In this document: positions 26,323-39,689 of the stretch, in pieces
How the letters are laid out: each line of letters opens with the position of its first letter
How positions within the stretch are numbered: position 1 is the stretch's first letter
Made by a program: the position numbers and the translations under genes
Notes under the pieces: generated by a model
The model's input: the letters and a program-made list of their open reading frames with translations, nothing else
The model's database searches: none
What the model was told of the DNA's origin: nothing
Origin: Octopus sinensis
Taxonomy: Eukaryota
Direction: 5' to 3'
Assembly (NCBI RefSeq): GCF_006345805.1
Contig: NC_043003.1
Coordinates: forward strand, 12,152,001 to 12,216,000
DNA length: 64,000 nucleotides

Positions 26323-26691
26323 ACTTACTTGTACTTGTGGTGACATTCACCCTGGGCGGGTTGAGTCGGCTTCTTCTACTCATGGAAGAAGTTTTGTGGG
26401 AATATGTGGATTTCACAAGCGGTCTCCAACGATCCCGCATGTGGAGACATCCTGTTTGCCGCAGATTGTCTGCAGACGCAGGGACAGAACGACTGAAGAG
26501 CCACCGGTTGTCGAAGCAGACACTCCGAGGATTTTCTCCAGAGCCCTGTCTGCCGGGTTGTGGCCCTAATACCACATGGTGTCAGACCAATCCGCCTTGG
26601 GTGACCCTATCAGGAACCGAAGTTCCCAATGGCATAGCTCTGACACTACCCGTTGCCAGCATCCCCACCACGGTGAGGAGGGGATGGACTT
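26323..26691 (-). mobile_element. Non-autonomous RTE-derived mini-element (5' end fused to 3' end) inserted in a Meta-type SINE
   Basis: Minus 5' end cctcaccgtggtgggg...gagctatgcc...agggtcacccaaggcgg resembles RTE/BovB 5' ends; the 3' part has RDRWRPLV and an (AGTA)-type tail. TSD tggggtt at 26316-26322 and 26692-26698. The host SINE resumes after it. Confidence 0.72.
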
Positions 26692-29600
26692 TGGGGTTGT
26701 TATTGACTTGCCCCCCTCCTCCTCAAAATTGTTGCCTTTGAACTTTGAGGATGGACTGGTGTCTTTTTCAAGAAAATGTGATCTTGGTCACTTATACACC
26801 ATGTACACCAGGTAATCAGCCTTAGGAGTCCCAGAGCTCAAGAAAAATATATAAATAAAAAATTACATAACTACTTAAATAATGATGCAGTCAGTCTAAT
26901 TGAAAACAGGCAGAACTCATGTAAAGGAGCTTTTAGTTGTCAAATGCCTATTTTAATTTTTATGGAAGCAAAGATGAAAAATTGACATTTTTTTTAAAGC
27001 AAAAACATTCCAAGAATTTTGTAGTGCTTTATTATGAAACCCAATTAAAACAAAAGGCAATTTATTTTGGAAAATATGCCATCAATTGTTCTTAAGCTTG
27101 TGACTTTTTCTATTGTACTTGAATATTATATGAGGCTTTTTTCATAAAACTAAACTAAAAGTTAAAATTTATTTGAACAATTCTAGATAACAACGGAAAG
27201 AAGTGTGAGCATGTGTGGGTGGAAATAGATCAAGTTGAGACTATTATTTATTTATATATTAAAACCCAACTATTTTTTTTATAGTTGATGCAACTGTCCA
27301 ATTAGTTCTCTATTCTGTTTGATGTTTTGTTGCTTATGCAAATCTTGATTGTACATAATTTATATTATTTGTTTAATACTGCAATTGTTTACTTGATAAC
27401 AATTAGAAGTTCAAATCATGTGGTTCATAATCATCAATTCAACCCACATATTTATTTGTATTACCACTCAAAAACAGCCAATGTACCAACGAGAGAGTCT
27501 CTAAGTAGTGTTCAACCTGCTTGAAGTAGTAGACAAATCTTTTAAATTACGCTTAACCATCATTCAAAAGAAAGACATGTTGCAAAATATAGTTGTATAT
27601 GTACATAGGCATGGCTGTGTGTGGTAAGAAGTTTGCTTTCCAACCAAATAGTTCTGGGTTCAGTCCCATTGTATGGCGCCTAGGATAAGTGTCTGTAGCC
27701 TTAGGTTGACCAAAACCTTGTAAGTGGATTTGGTAGACAGAAACTGAAAGAAGTTCATATATGTGTGTCTTTGTGTCTGTGTTTGTCTCCCAGAATAATT
27801 AACTCAATAATTATAGAAATACAATAAATTATCATGAAAGTTGAAAGTCATTATTATCTATATAATTACACTCTAAAGTAATTAAAAAATTAATAACTTT
27901 GATACAAATTCATTTTTAAACAATGAACATGGATAGAACTGATTATTACAAAACAAAAACATATGAAATAAATGCATTTAATTAAAAACCATGAAACCAA
28001 TTGCATTTGATGGCATATAAGACTGTTTCAAAACTAAAAGAATTTTTCAAAAAATCACCCTTGGTCCTATATGTAAAACTGAGCCTCCCGTACGCTACTT
28101 TTGTCCTTGATGCTCACTACTGTAGGCTAATTTTAATCTCTTCTACCTAGCCTGATTCCATAATAATAATATTTGCTAATAATGATATTATTATTATTAT
28201 CATCATTATTATTGTTGTTGTCATCATTGTATGGTGATGAGCTGGCAGAATCCTCAGCGCCCTGGAAAATATGATTAGCATTTCATCCATCAATGTGTTC
28301 TAAGTTCAAATTTGGCTGAGGTCAATTTTTGCCTTTCATCTTTTTGGGGTTCATAAAATAAGTACCAGTCAGGTACTGGGTTCAGTGTTACCAACTAGTA
28401 CACCTCCCCCATCCACCCACCCCAATATTTCAGGTCTTGTGCCTGCAGTAGAAAGAATTATTATTACTTGTACTATATTTTTGTATGTGTTGTTAAATTG
28501 CTTTAAATATTACGTGTGTTAATACACTAAAAATTTTACCTGAATACATGCTACTGAAATCAAAGTGCATCTAATAAGCCCTTGCATCTTTTATGCCATC
28601 AAATATAGTAAATTATCAACCTGCTTGATAATTTGCTAATTTTTCAATATTGGGTTCTGTGTTTTACAAATGAGACCTGAAGTGTCCCCGTTCACCTACA
28701 AGTAATGAGAAGGAGAAGCAGTGAGCAGCAGTTTTATTTTTTGTTAACTTCCTCTGTCAGGTCCTTCTGGGTTTGCTTCTGTAACTTTGCTTCTTTTGAT
28801 CAACCAAATTCTCATTGTTGAAACTGCCAAACATCCATCCTATGTGTGTATTAGCATTTGTATGTATGGAAATGTTTATACTGGATGCAGTTTCATTCTG
28901 TCATTTAGGTCAGCCATTTGTCTTCTATACATGTATACATGTGCTCTCATTTACATCAAAACATTTTTTTGCTGCTCTTTTATCTTTTTCTATAAATATT
29001 TACACAGATGGGTTTTGTTTAAACTACAAGTGCTTATATTAAAGAACATACATCATTATTTTACAGTGGTAAAACTGAATTGTATGTGCTCCTTTGAGCA
29101 ATATTTTCATATTAGTTTCAGTGATTTTATTGGCCAAATGGGACAAAAGAAATCTTTCTGTAAAAAGAATACCTGAACTGGCTTTGGTAATTTTTTATAA
29201 AGGCTTTGTACCCTGTGCTAAATTATAGATGACCAAAATAATAAGGTTGTCAGACTATTGGCCTTAGGGCTAATAGTTCATGTCTTGCTATTGGCATTGA
29301 GCTATGTCCATAATCAGGATCCTTAATTCTTAATGTTTCTGTCAGGTTATGTGTAGATAAGTAAATAAATAGGTAACAAGTAAACAGAATTCATTAATGT
29401 ATTGGCATAGCACTATAAAATTAATGCGCTTTGTTAGTTTTCAGGGCTTAGTCTATGATCATTTACTGGTTGATAGAAAGCAACTAATGGCTACCCCATT
29501 ACATAACCCCAATCATTTTGTTTGTTATCTAATCTGATCTTTGGTTCTGATTTTTACTGTATGTGATGGCTGGACTGCCATAGTCATTCCTTTTATGTTA

Positions 29601-30149
29601 AAGTCACCTTATATAGGGATAAGCCACCTTGTGGATATCTTACTTGAAACTACAGAGCTGTGCAGTGATGCTGACCTGCATTAATGTTCTTTGTAGAAAT
29701 ATGCTTGTGAAAAAAAACCCCAATGTCTTTTTCCTTATCACTCCAACACATCGTACCAAATCATATTGATAACAAACTCTTTCATTTATATATCTACATG
29801 ATATATTCAACTTCTAACCTGTGTATGTGTATAGGACTTCAGTGCTTAAGAAATGGAAGCATGCTTTTATTAATTTTTTTTATGGCTTAAAGAGAGAAGG
29901 GCAGTCCTATAACCATTTTCAGAACCTCTAAAACTGCTAGGAAGAAGTTTTTCTCAGACCGGAGGTCTAATACAAGCAATCACCACAAAGCGGACTCCAT
30001 TAAAATCATCCATGGATTTGGTGGAAATGTTGAAGTGAATGATTGTTTAAGTTTGGCATTCAAAAATAGGTACAGTACCAATTTTAATTCACAATGCTTT
30101 GATTTACCTGAAGAAATAGTAAAACACGCCCAAGGTGCCACAAAGTGGA

Positions 30150-30520
30150 ATTGAAAGCAAGACTACAAGAAAGTTTGAAAAAAAAATTCTTTACATAGGT
30201 TTTGATAATGTCCTGTGCTTTTATACTTGATTTCCTATGTGGACTCATAGCATCTCATGGTCTGAGCACACGACTAAAGATGAAATTTATGGATACATTC
30301 CACCCATCTCTGCAATTCTTGCTCAATGCAGGGTAGGCTTTTCAGGCTACTGCTATCATACTAAACACTAGACCATATTTGATGTATTTTGGAGACTTCT
30401 GCACTCTAATATAAGATGTAGACCATTCAACTGTATTGAAGTTATTGGTAAAGACACACAACATAGAATTCAGGGACCACCAAAGTTAATGATGAGCAGA
30501 GATTCATGGCATCACATGGT
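30150..30520 (+). mobile_element. Degenerate RTE/RTE-X LINE C-terminal fragment
   Basis: ISWSEHTTKDEIYGYIPPISAILAQCRVGFSGYCYH*TIFDVFWRL...RPFNCIEVIGKDT...MMSRDSWH matches the RTE-type C-terminal pattern; one in-frame stop. Confidence 0.7.
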
Positions 30521-31342
30521 GAAACTTCTCAGTTGTGGCTATTTGAATAAGCAGAAAAATAATGTCTTGAGCTTAATAAATGTTTTTGGAAATTCTTATG
30601 TTGTAAAATTTGTTTACATATCATTTACAGATGTCATATCCAACATTTTGTTTTGGTTTATATTGACAAAAGAAAGAAAAACACTGTCAAAATCTGTTTC
30701 TGCAAACAACACAGAAGTAATTGTATTAGTTGAGTTGTTAATTCTATCATGCAACATTGCCAAAAATTAATTGTACACGTTCTACATTTGCTATAATTAA
30801 GTATTTTTTCATTACATTCTGAGGCAAAAATATTAGTATTAATAAAATAAATATATAAGATACTTGACTTATTAGAAATCCTTCTTTCTATATATAACTT
30901 AATGCCAGGTCCTCAATGAGACAATTGAATTTATTCTAGTTGGAAACATAAAGCATGTCCATGACTGCATGGTTAAGAAGTTCACTACACAAACCACACA
31001 GTTTCAGGTTTAGACCTATTACGCAACATCTTGAGCATGTGTCTTCTATAGCTTTTGTTGACCTGACCAATGCTTTGTGAATGAATTTGGTAGATAGAAA
31101 GTGTACACAAGTTGAGAAGCCAAGTGAAATAGTAGTTATGGCTGATGCTGGTGTTTTGTAATTGGCAGCCATGCCAGTGGTATGTAAAAAGCACCCACTA
31201 ATCCCAAATCAGATTAGAACATGGTGTAGCTCCTCAGCTTACCAGTTTTCAGTCAACCCATCCAACCCATGCCAGCATGGAAAATGGAGATTAAATGATG
31301 GTGATAATGATGATGATGATGAGGATTATACACACACACACA

Positions 31343-31544
31343 GAAGGGGGTGCCAAAAAGTTCCTGGTTTTAAGGGTATCACAAAAAGCCTGGTTAGAGG
31401 CACAACCTTTTGAGTCCTTTTACAGGGTTTAGAAAAACTGAAGGTCCACTGCAATAAGTGTGTACATGTTGAATGAAATCATAATTAACTGATCCTCCTG
31501 TATTTTCTTTTACTCATGGCCAGGAATTTTTCAACATCTCTTTG
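31343..31544 (+). mobile_element. Mariner-derived MITE
   Basis: Imperfect TIRs gggtgccaaaaagttcctgg / ccaggaatttttcaacatc; retains the transposase C-terminal tract (QGLEKLKVHCNKCV). Confidence 0.7.
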
Positions 31545-31681
31545 TGTGTGATTGCTTACATTTTCACTTCTCTGATAATAACTGAGCTGTAAGCAGTGAT
31601 GCTTTGTCAATTTCCTGGCAGCAGGATTTGTAGAACAACAGATCCCTTCTTTGAAAAATGGGTAAGGGTTATCAAACAGTA

Positions 31682-31740
<59 letters not shown>

Positions 31741-31784
31741 CAATGATAAATCTCAGAGCGAGTTATAAACAGTAGCGGTAACAC

Positions 31785-31944
31785 ATCGTGACGCATATTT
31801 GCCATTTGAATATGGCTCACCCATAAGGGTGGATGCTACTGTAGTTTGTAGCCCCAGGAGGAGATATCTTCCTGGGGCTACAAACTACAGTAGCATCCAC
31901 CCTTATGGGTGAGCCATATTCAAATGGCAAATATGTGTCACGAT
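31785..31944. repeat. Near-perfect 160-bp palindrome
   Basis: Arms pair around the AGAT|ATCT centre (31865/31866) with one G.T mismatch (31793/31936) and a 2-nt bulge (31860-31861). Confidence 0.95.
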
Positions 31945-33390
31945 ATATATATATATATACGCACACACACAAGGGGGTGCCAAAAAGTTCCTGGTTTTAA
32001 GGGTATCACAAAAGGCCTGGTTAGAGGCACGGCCTTTTGGGTCCTTGTAATCTATGCCAGCACCATGCTAGCATGAAAGAAAAGATGAACAACAAAATGA
32101 GTAAACAAATAATGTCCTTTATAGTTATATAAAATTTTGAGGCTCATTTAGTAAAGCTGTCTAGTGAGTTGATTATTTTGTAATGCATTCAATGTACAAT
32201 CAATATTCTAGCCATCGCCTCCCATTTTTATATTGTGAAGATGATATCCTAGAGTTTAATGTATCTTCTCAACTTGGTTTGGTTAACCCTCACAAAAAAA
32301 AAAAAAAAATCCTCCAAAAAATCCAGTGATAAATGAATCAATAAAAGCGTCATCTCCATGCATTTTGTAAATGGAACAAATAATACCAAATTCATGGCCT
32401 ACAGCAGCAAAGTTGCCATTGCCACATATTTTCTTGATTGTCTCTAGCTATTCCTATAGAAAAACATTCATCTGTGTTGTTTGTTAGGATCAGGTACCTT
32501 TTTTATTTTTCCTGTTCACTAACTGGTCCCATGTTGATGAGTACAAGGATGTATATCTGTATAAAAGATATGCAGCCTTGCAGCATGGTTGTGTAAGCAC
32601 AAGATACAGTGCATTCTGGGTAGCTGCACACTGTGGATGGTTGCTAGGAATATGTTTCTGCAGTACAAATAGAATCCTCAACTGATCACCAACCTGTATC
32701 ATCACAGATCAATCCATGATAAGTCTAACATGGCTTACATCTTCCGGGTGTGCCGTGTAATCCCAGATTAGTGATGAATGAACAGGTGATAAACAAGGTT
32801 ACCTGTACCAAAAGCATGCAGGTCTTATTTTCAAGATACTGGGAAGCCTGGTCTGGGAGATTTCTTTATTACATTCAACAGATTGACAATATAAAATCTT
32901 ATTCAGCAGTTTGAAAGCCGTGTACTGTTAAATAAAAGAATTGTTTTGGGGGGCAGACTGAAAACTATTTAAATAAACATTAAATCTTCACAAGTACAAA
33001 TTATTCTTTAAATTTTCTATTCATTCATTCATTCATTCATTCTTTGCTAAATAAATACAATCTTGATGACATTTGCTAATATCTTTTTTTCTTATCTAAA
33101 AATAAATGAAAGGGATGGAGGAGTATTTATTTAATACAATGCTATTCTGGAAAGTGCTGTTACAGTAAAATGGAAATAAAAAATAAACTAAAGTACAAAT
33201 TACATGAAAGATTTTTTTTTTTAAATATGACCTTTTCAATTTCTCCTTAGAGACAGTTTAAGTTATTCAGTGTTTTTCTTTAATTTACTATAGAAGAATA
33301 TGCTTGACAATGGCTAACAATCTAATAAAAGAGACTGTATTTCTCTCATATATATATATATATACACACACACATATGTACATACATACA

Positions 33391-33601
33391 CACAAAGAGG
33401 TGCTGAAAAGTTTCTGGCTTTAAGGGTATCGCGAAAGGTGGCCCAACCTTCTGAGTTCTTTTACAGGGCTTAGAAAAACTGAAGGAGCGTTACAATAAGT
33501 GTGTGAATCTGAGAGGTGAATATGTTTAATAAAATCATAATTAACTGATCCTCCTGTATTTTCTGTTACCCAAAGCCAGAAACTTTCCAGCATCTCCTCA
33601 T
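33391..33601 (+). mobile_element. Mariner-derived MITE
   Basis: TIRs gaggtgctgaaaagtttctgg / ccagaaactttccagcatctcctc; internal LQGLEKLKERYNKCVNLRGEYV* matches the mariner transposase C-terminus. Confidence 0.78.
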
Positions 33602-34399
33602 ATATATTTGTTCAGTGCTTTTACACACACATCCACCTTTGCCCTCTTCTTTTCTATTCTGCCTCTTATTCACATCTCTCTATCCCGCTCTTTCTTCTCT
33701 CTCACTTTCCATGTGGGCAAGCCATGTATCTACCACTTCAGCAAGACACCTGCTTCTCTCCCTCTCGATCATAGTTTCTTATTCCTCCAGTCTATACCCT
33801 GGTCAGTTGAGGGGTCTTATCTTGCAGAAACTTGGTGACCCCACTGGTGTTGGTGCTATGTAGAAAGCCCTGAGCATACTCTATTAAGTGGTTGGCATTA
33901 GGAAGGGCACCCCGCTTTAGAAACCATGTCAAAGCAGACATAGAACCTAGTGGAGCTCTCTTACCTGTCAGTTCTTGTCAAACCACCCAACCCATGCCAA
34001 TATGGATTAAAGGTCATTAAATGATGATAATATACATACATATTCATAATTCTGTACCATGTTCTCTGTTTTTTTTTTGTCTTTGTTGCCTTATACATTT
34101 GCTAGCTTTCTTACAAAGGGGTCTAATGCTCTTAGCTTAGACTATTTTTGAGGACAACCAGATTGAACCATCTCAAGTGTAACTGTCCGAAATGGTCGTG
34201 ACTTCTAGTACTTGACTGAAGAAAGAAAACCAAGAATGACCTGTCTTTTATGCCTGTCCTTCTAATTGTTGTCTCTATTGTCCGCTTTGTGTCGTCTATC
34301 CGTTTGAATGTTTTAATGCCCTTTATTGTGCTTTTGTTCCATTTTTATATTGATATATACATACATACATATGTACATACACACATATATGTATATACG

Positions 34400-34731
34400 T
34401 CGCCTTACTGGCACATGAAAAAAACATCCGAGCAAGGTTGTAGCCAATGCCGCTGGGCTGGCTCTTGTGCAGGTGGCACGTAAAAAACACCATTTGAGCG
34501 TGGCCATTGCCAGTACTGCCTGACTGGCCCTCTTGCCCGTGGCACGTAAAAGCACCCACTACACTCTTGGAGTGGTTAGCGTTAGGAAGGGCATCCAGCT
34601 GTAGAAACTCTGCCAGATCAAGATTGGAGCCTGGTGCAGCCATCTGGTTCGCCAGTCCTCAGTCAAATCGTCCAACCTTTGCTATCATGGAAAGCGGACA
34701 TTAAACAATAATGATAATGATGATGATGATG
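34400..34731 (+). mobile_element. 5'-truncated RTE 3'UTR copy
   Basis: Same modules and tail as 19275-19632. Confidence 0.8.
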
Positions 34732-35811
34732 ACAGACATATGTGCGCACGTGCACACATACACACACACCCACACTCAAGCAGAGTAGCATTAATACAGT
34801 TATGTGTATATTAATAAATGCATGTGCCTGCCAATAAATGCATATATATATGTAAATATATTTATATCATTATTAAAGGGTAGCTCATATTTCAGCATCT
34901 GCATGTGACACACTTATCTAATGTCAACCACTTAAGTAAATTCACTTTCCTGCATTATTAAGTAATTTGCTTAGGGGTATAATGATTAGAGGTTGATGTC
35001 ATTAATTTTGAGTGACTAATCCAGCAACTTCAACTATTAATACATTTCCTCACTTTCACTCAATCTATTTTTGCTTATATTTTTAAACATACAAGGAGAA
35101 AGATCGGCTATATATGCATATAGTGTATATAATGTAGTGTATGTATGTATGTTTTACATGATATAGATTAAATGTTTTTATGAGAAGCCAAACAGTGCAA
35201 GCCAATGGTATGTACTTTTATCTATCATCATCATTCAATATTTTAGAGTAAAGACCCCTTCTTTGAGAAATCTTCGGAAATTTGGTGTTGCAAGGTAACT
35301 TTTCTGCTCTGTAGTGTGTATATGTATGTTTATACAGATTGGAGTTTGGTATAGCCATCTGGTTCACCAGACCTCAGTCAAATCATCCAAACCATGCTAG
35401 CATGGAAAGCAGACATTAAACGATGATGATAATGATGATGCTATGTAGTTTTACTTTGCATACACAGAATAGCATTGCTACAGCAGCCATTCAGCTGCAT
35501 GTAGCTCGGTTCTTGTGTTAATCCATTGTTTGGTCTTGCTGATGATGATGATGGCTTTTATTCTCAGCTTTCCAATGTTTTGTTCCATGGCATCAATGAA
35601 AACCTGCCTGCCTTGGATCTATGTTAACCAAACATGTATTAAGTGCCGTTTTCAATTATACATTTAAGTAAATATGCTGGAGAGACACAAATGAATAAAA
35701 TGCAGAGATTACAGTATAAACTTGGAAAATGGGGAGGAACAAAGAAATTAAAAGAATTGAATACTGTTTGTAATGAAAAATATCAACATGGGAGTGGCTG
35801 TGTAGTAAGTA

Positions 35812-36212
35812 TAGGTGCAGGAGTGGCTGTATGGTAAGTAGTTTGCTTACCAACCACATGGTTCTGGGTTCAGTCCCACTGCATGGCATCTTGGGTAAGT
35901 GTCTTCTACTATAGCCTCGGGCCGACCAAAGCCTTGTGAGTGGATTTGGTAGACAGAAACTGAAAGAAGCCTGTCGTATATATGCATATACATGTGTGTG
36001 TGTATGTTTGTGTGTCTGTGTTTGTCCCCCTAGCATTGCTTGACAACCGATGCTGGTGTGTTTATGTCCCCATCACTTCGCAGTTTGGCAAAAAAGACCG
36101 ATAGAATAAGTACTAGGCTTACAAAGAATAAGTCCCGGGGTCGATTTGCTCGACTAAAGGCTGTGCTCCAGCATGGCCACAGTCAAATAACTGAAACAAG
36201 TAAAAGAGTAAA
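35812..36212 (+). mobile_element. tRNA-derived SINE, family A
   Basis: Same consensus; preceded by a duplicated head fragment (35790-35810). Confidence 0.9.
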
Positions 36213-38329
36213 ATAGATGGGATGAAAATTGCAGTATTATTATTCCATTGACCGAGCAGATTTGTGATATAGTATGTTTCTCATATCTTCTGTATTTGGT
36301 CCTCTATCAGCTATGAGATAACTAAGGCTTTATATCATGAAGCACATTTTGACTGAATGCTCACCCCTGTCTTTTTATATTATTAACTTGCTCTGTGGTT
36401 GTCTGCTAGCAAGGAGAAATGATTTTATAACTGAATATGTTGGCATTAGGTAAATGAAATAAATTTTCTTCAGCAAGTTTGACTGTGTGGTTAAGAAGCT
36501 TCCTTTGCAACTATGGGGTTTTGGGTTCAGTCCCACCATGTGGTACATGGGACAAGTGTCTTCTACTATAGCCCCAGGTTGACCAATGCCTTGTGAGTGA
36601 ATTTGGTAGGTGGAAACTAAGTGGAAGCTTGTGTGTTTGTGTTTGTCCCCACTATCACTTGACGACTAGTATTGGTTTGTTTACATCCCTGTAATTTAGT
36701 AGTTTGGTAAAGAGACCAATAGTATATGTACCCAACTTAAAAATAAGAATTAGTGTCAATTTTCTCAGCTCAACCCTTTAAAGTGGTGCCCCAGTATGGC
36801 TGTAATCCAATGATCGAAACAAGTAAAAGATAAAAGATATAATTAAATGTGTTATTTCCACATTAGTTGGTAAATACTTAAGATTTGAGGTATAGAGGTC
36901 ACCCACCTGCTGAAAATAACAGCTAAGTCTTTCTCACATCAGATTGGCTATTGCAGTTCTAGATATGTTATAAATTGGCTATTGTGGCCTTATATCCTGA
37001 CCGAAAAAAAAAAAATAATGTCATGTTGTTCTGTGTTTGATCAACCAAGGCCAACATGCACCAAACCACATCATTGATAACAATGCTGAGAGGTAGTTTT
37101 AGTTTTGGCTGATAGAGTAAGAGTTTATCTCTGGCATTTTAAGCATTGTCTCATATTACTGATTATTATTTTCTCTCTTATCAAATATTGCTCATCATGG
37201 CATTTATTGCACATGATTAACCTTTCAGAAAATTAAAAATGCAATAAGTATTTTGACATTTTTATTCATTTTTACTAACCTTTATTTTACATTTATCTGC
37301 TGTTACAATAATCCCATATTGAGTTTGGAAATTGATGTTCTATAGTTTTCATCTATTGGGAATTTCAATTCTTATAATTTGTGTAATTTAAATATGAAAT
37401 TTGAAATTGCAGGCGTGGCTGTGTGGTAAGAAGTTTGCTTCCCAAGCACATGGTTCTGTGTTCAGTCCCATTATATGTCACCTCGGTTATGTGTCTTTAA
37501 CACTAGCCTTGGGCTGAACAAGGCCTTGTGAATGAATTTGGTACATGAAACCTGAAGAACACCTATCAAATAGAGAATACAGTTTAAACTTGGAAAATAG
37601 AGAGGAATAAAGAAATTGAAAGAATTAAGCATTGTCTTAATAAAAAATATCAACCTGAGATGATATTTGTGTGTGTGTGTTGTTGTTGTGTTTGTCTTCC
37701 ACCACTGCTTGACAATCGATGTTGGTTTGTTTATGTCCTGTAACTTAGTGGTTTGGCAAAAGTGACTGATGGAATAAGTACCAGACTTAAAAAAGTACTA
37801 GGGTCGACTCATTTGACCAAAAATTCTTCAAGGTGTTACCCCAGCATGGCCGTAGTCTAATGTTTGAAACAAGTAAAAAATAAAAGAGGCACTGTTTTTC
37901 AGGAAAAGGTAACTCAATAATTCAAATGCTGTCTTCCTTAGTAATTAGATTTTGTATGCAGGTCCTGTTCTCAGTTGCAAATTATTCTAATAGTAATTTA
38001 ACAGTAATGCTCCTTGCATTTAAAGAAAATCCTTTAATAAGCAGTATCATCATTATTTATCTAGCATCCACTTTTCCATGCTTGCATGACTCAGGAGGAA
38101 TTTGTTGAAGAAGACTTTCTATGCCAAGATGCCCCTCCTAACTCTAATTCCCACCTGTTTTTTAAAGCAAGGTAATATTTCCCATGGCCAATGTTTTTTT
38201 ATGGCGAAAGTGGAAACAAACAGCTTTGCCTGTATGATGGTGATGCTCATTTACAACCATCACATGACATTAAGAAAAGGGTATACATACACACAAGCAC
38301 ACAATACATACATACATACATCATCATTG

Positions 38330-38583
38330 TTTAACGTCCGTTTTCCATGCTAGCATGGGCTGGACAGTTTGACCGGGGTCTGGGAAGCCAGGAGGCTGCA
38401 CTAGGCCCAGTCTGATCTGGCAGTGTTTCTACAGCTGGATGCCCTTCCTAATGCCAACCACTCCGTGAGTGTAGTGGGTGCTTTTTACATGCCACTGGCA
38501 CAGTTGCCAGGCGAGGCTGGCAATGGTCATGATCGGTTGGTGCTTTTTACGTGCCACCAGCACAGAGGCCAGTCGAGGCAATA
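38330..38583 (-). mobile_element. 5'-truncated RTE 3'UTR copy
   Basis: Reverse complement of the same tail (catcatcatt...gctggatgcccttcc...gtgccaccagcac). Confidence 0.8.
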
Positions 38584-38621
38584 TATATATATATATATAT
38601 ATATGACAAAAGACTGAGACC

Positions 38622-39140
38622 TCTGGAAGTATGTTGTGACTGAGAAGACCTGGCAAATAAAGTGAGTCCACAGCTGTAACCTACACCAGTGTCGCATAAG
38701 AAACCCACTCAAAAGTACCTTGGATCGTAGGGCGACATGCTGTGCTTGAGGAGACCTATTGAGTCGAGTACATCAACATCAATATCAAAATCAAATCAAA
38801 TGGAAATTGTAATTGTGAGCCCCGTGCTGGTAGCACGTAAAAAGCACCATCTGAATATGGCCGATGCCACTGCTGCTTTGACTGGCTTCCATGCCAGTAG
38901 CACATAAAAAGACACCATCTGATCATGGTCGATGTCAGCTCCTCTGGCCCCTGTGCTGGTGGCACGTAAAAAGCACCTACTACACTCTCAGAATGGTTGG
39001 TGCTAAGAAGGGCATCCAGCTGTAGAAACACTGCCAGATCAAATTGGGGCCTGGTGCAGCCTTCTGGCTTCTCTGACCTCAGTCGAACTGTCCAACTCAT
39101 GCCAGCATGGAAAATGGGCATTGAATGATGATGATGATGC
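38622..39140 (+). mobile_element. RTE LINE C-terminus plus complete 3'UTR with (GAT)n tail
   Basis: MTKD*DLWKYVVTEKTWQIK* (RTE C-terminal DRxxWR-type motif) runs directly into the gtgc(c/t)ggtggcac module / ggcatccagctgtagaaa / (gat)n 3'UTR found throughout the window. Confidence 0.7.
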
Positions 39141-39689
39141 AACAAGCTTCTTTTAGTTTCTTCTTATTAAATCCACTCACAATGTTTTGGTTAGATCAAG
39201 GTGCTTTGCAATGGGGCTGAACCCTGGAGCACTTGATTGGGAAGCAAGCTTTTTAACCACACAGCAACACTTATGTGGAATATCAATAAATAATTTGTCT
39301 TAGTAATTTCTTGCATTTGAAAAGGCGCATTCAAAATAGATGTCTATTATATACAAGCAGTCTTTTTTAGCGTAATAATAACAATAATAATCAAAAGCGG
39401 CAAGCTGGCAGAAATGTTAGCACGCTGGGAAAAATGCTTAGCGCTTTTTTTGTCTGTCTTTACATTCTGATTTCAAATTCCGTCAAAGTTGACTTTGCCT
39501 TTCATCCTTTCAGGATTGATAAATTAAGTACCAGTTGTGTACTGGAGTTGATCTAATCGACTGGCCCCCTCCACCAAAATTTCAGGCCTTGTGCCTAGAG
39601 TAGAAAAGAATAATAATAATAACCAGCAACATAATAAGAGAAAGGAAAGTGGATGTAGTAATTATGAATGTAAAATATTCAGAACATCT

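Noticed and set aside
26046-26741. 231-aa ORF
   Set aside because: It runs across a SINE and the antisense strand of the RTE mini-element, with no recognisable domain.
32490-32924. Possible exons (+ strand ORF DQVPFLFF...; - strand 122-nt AG/GT-bounded open frame at 32803-32924)
   Set aside because: No recognisable homology, and open frames of this length are expected by chance.
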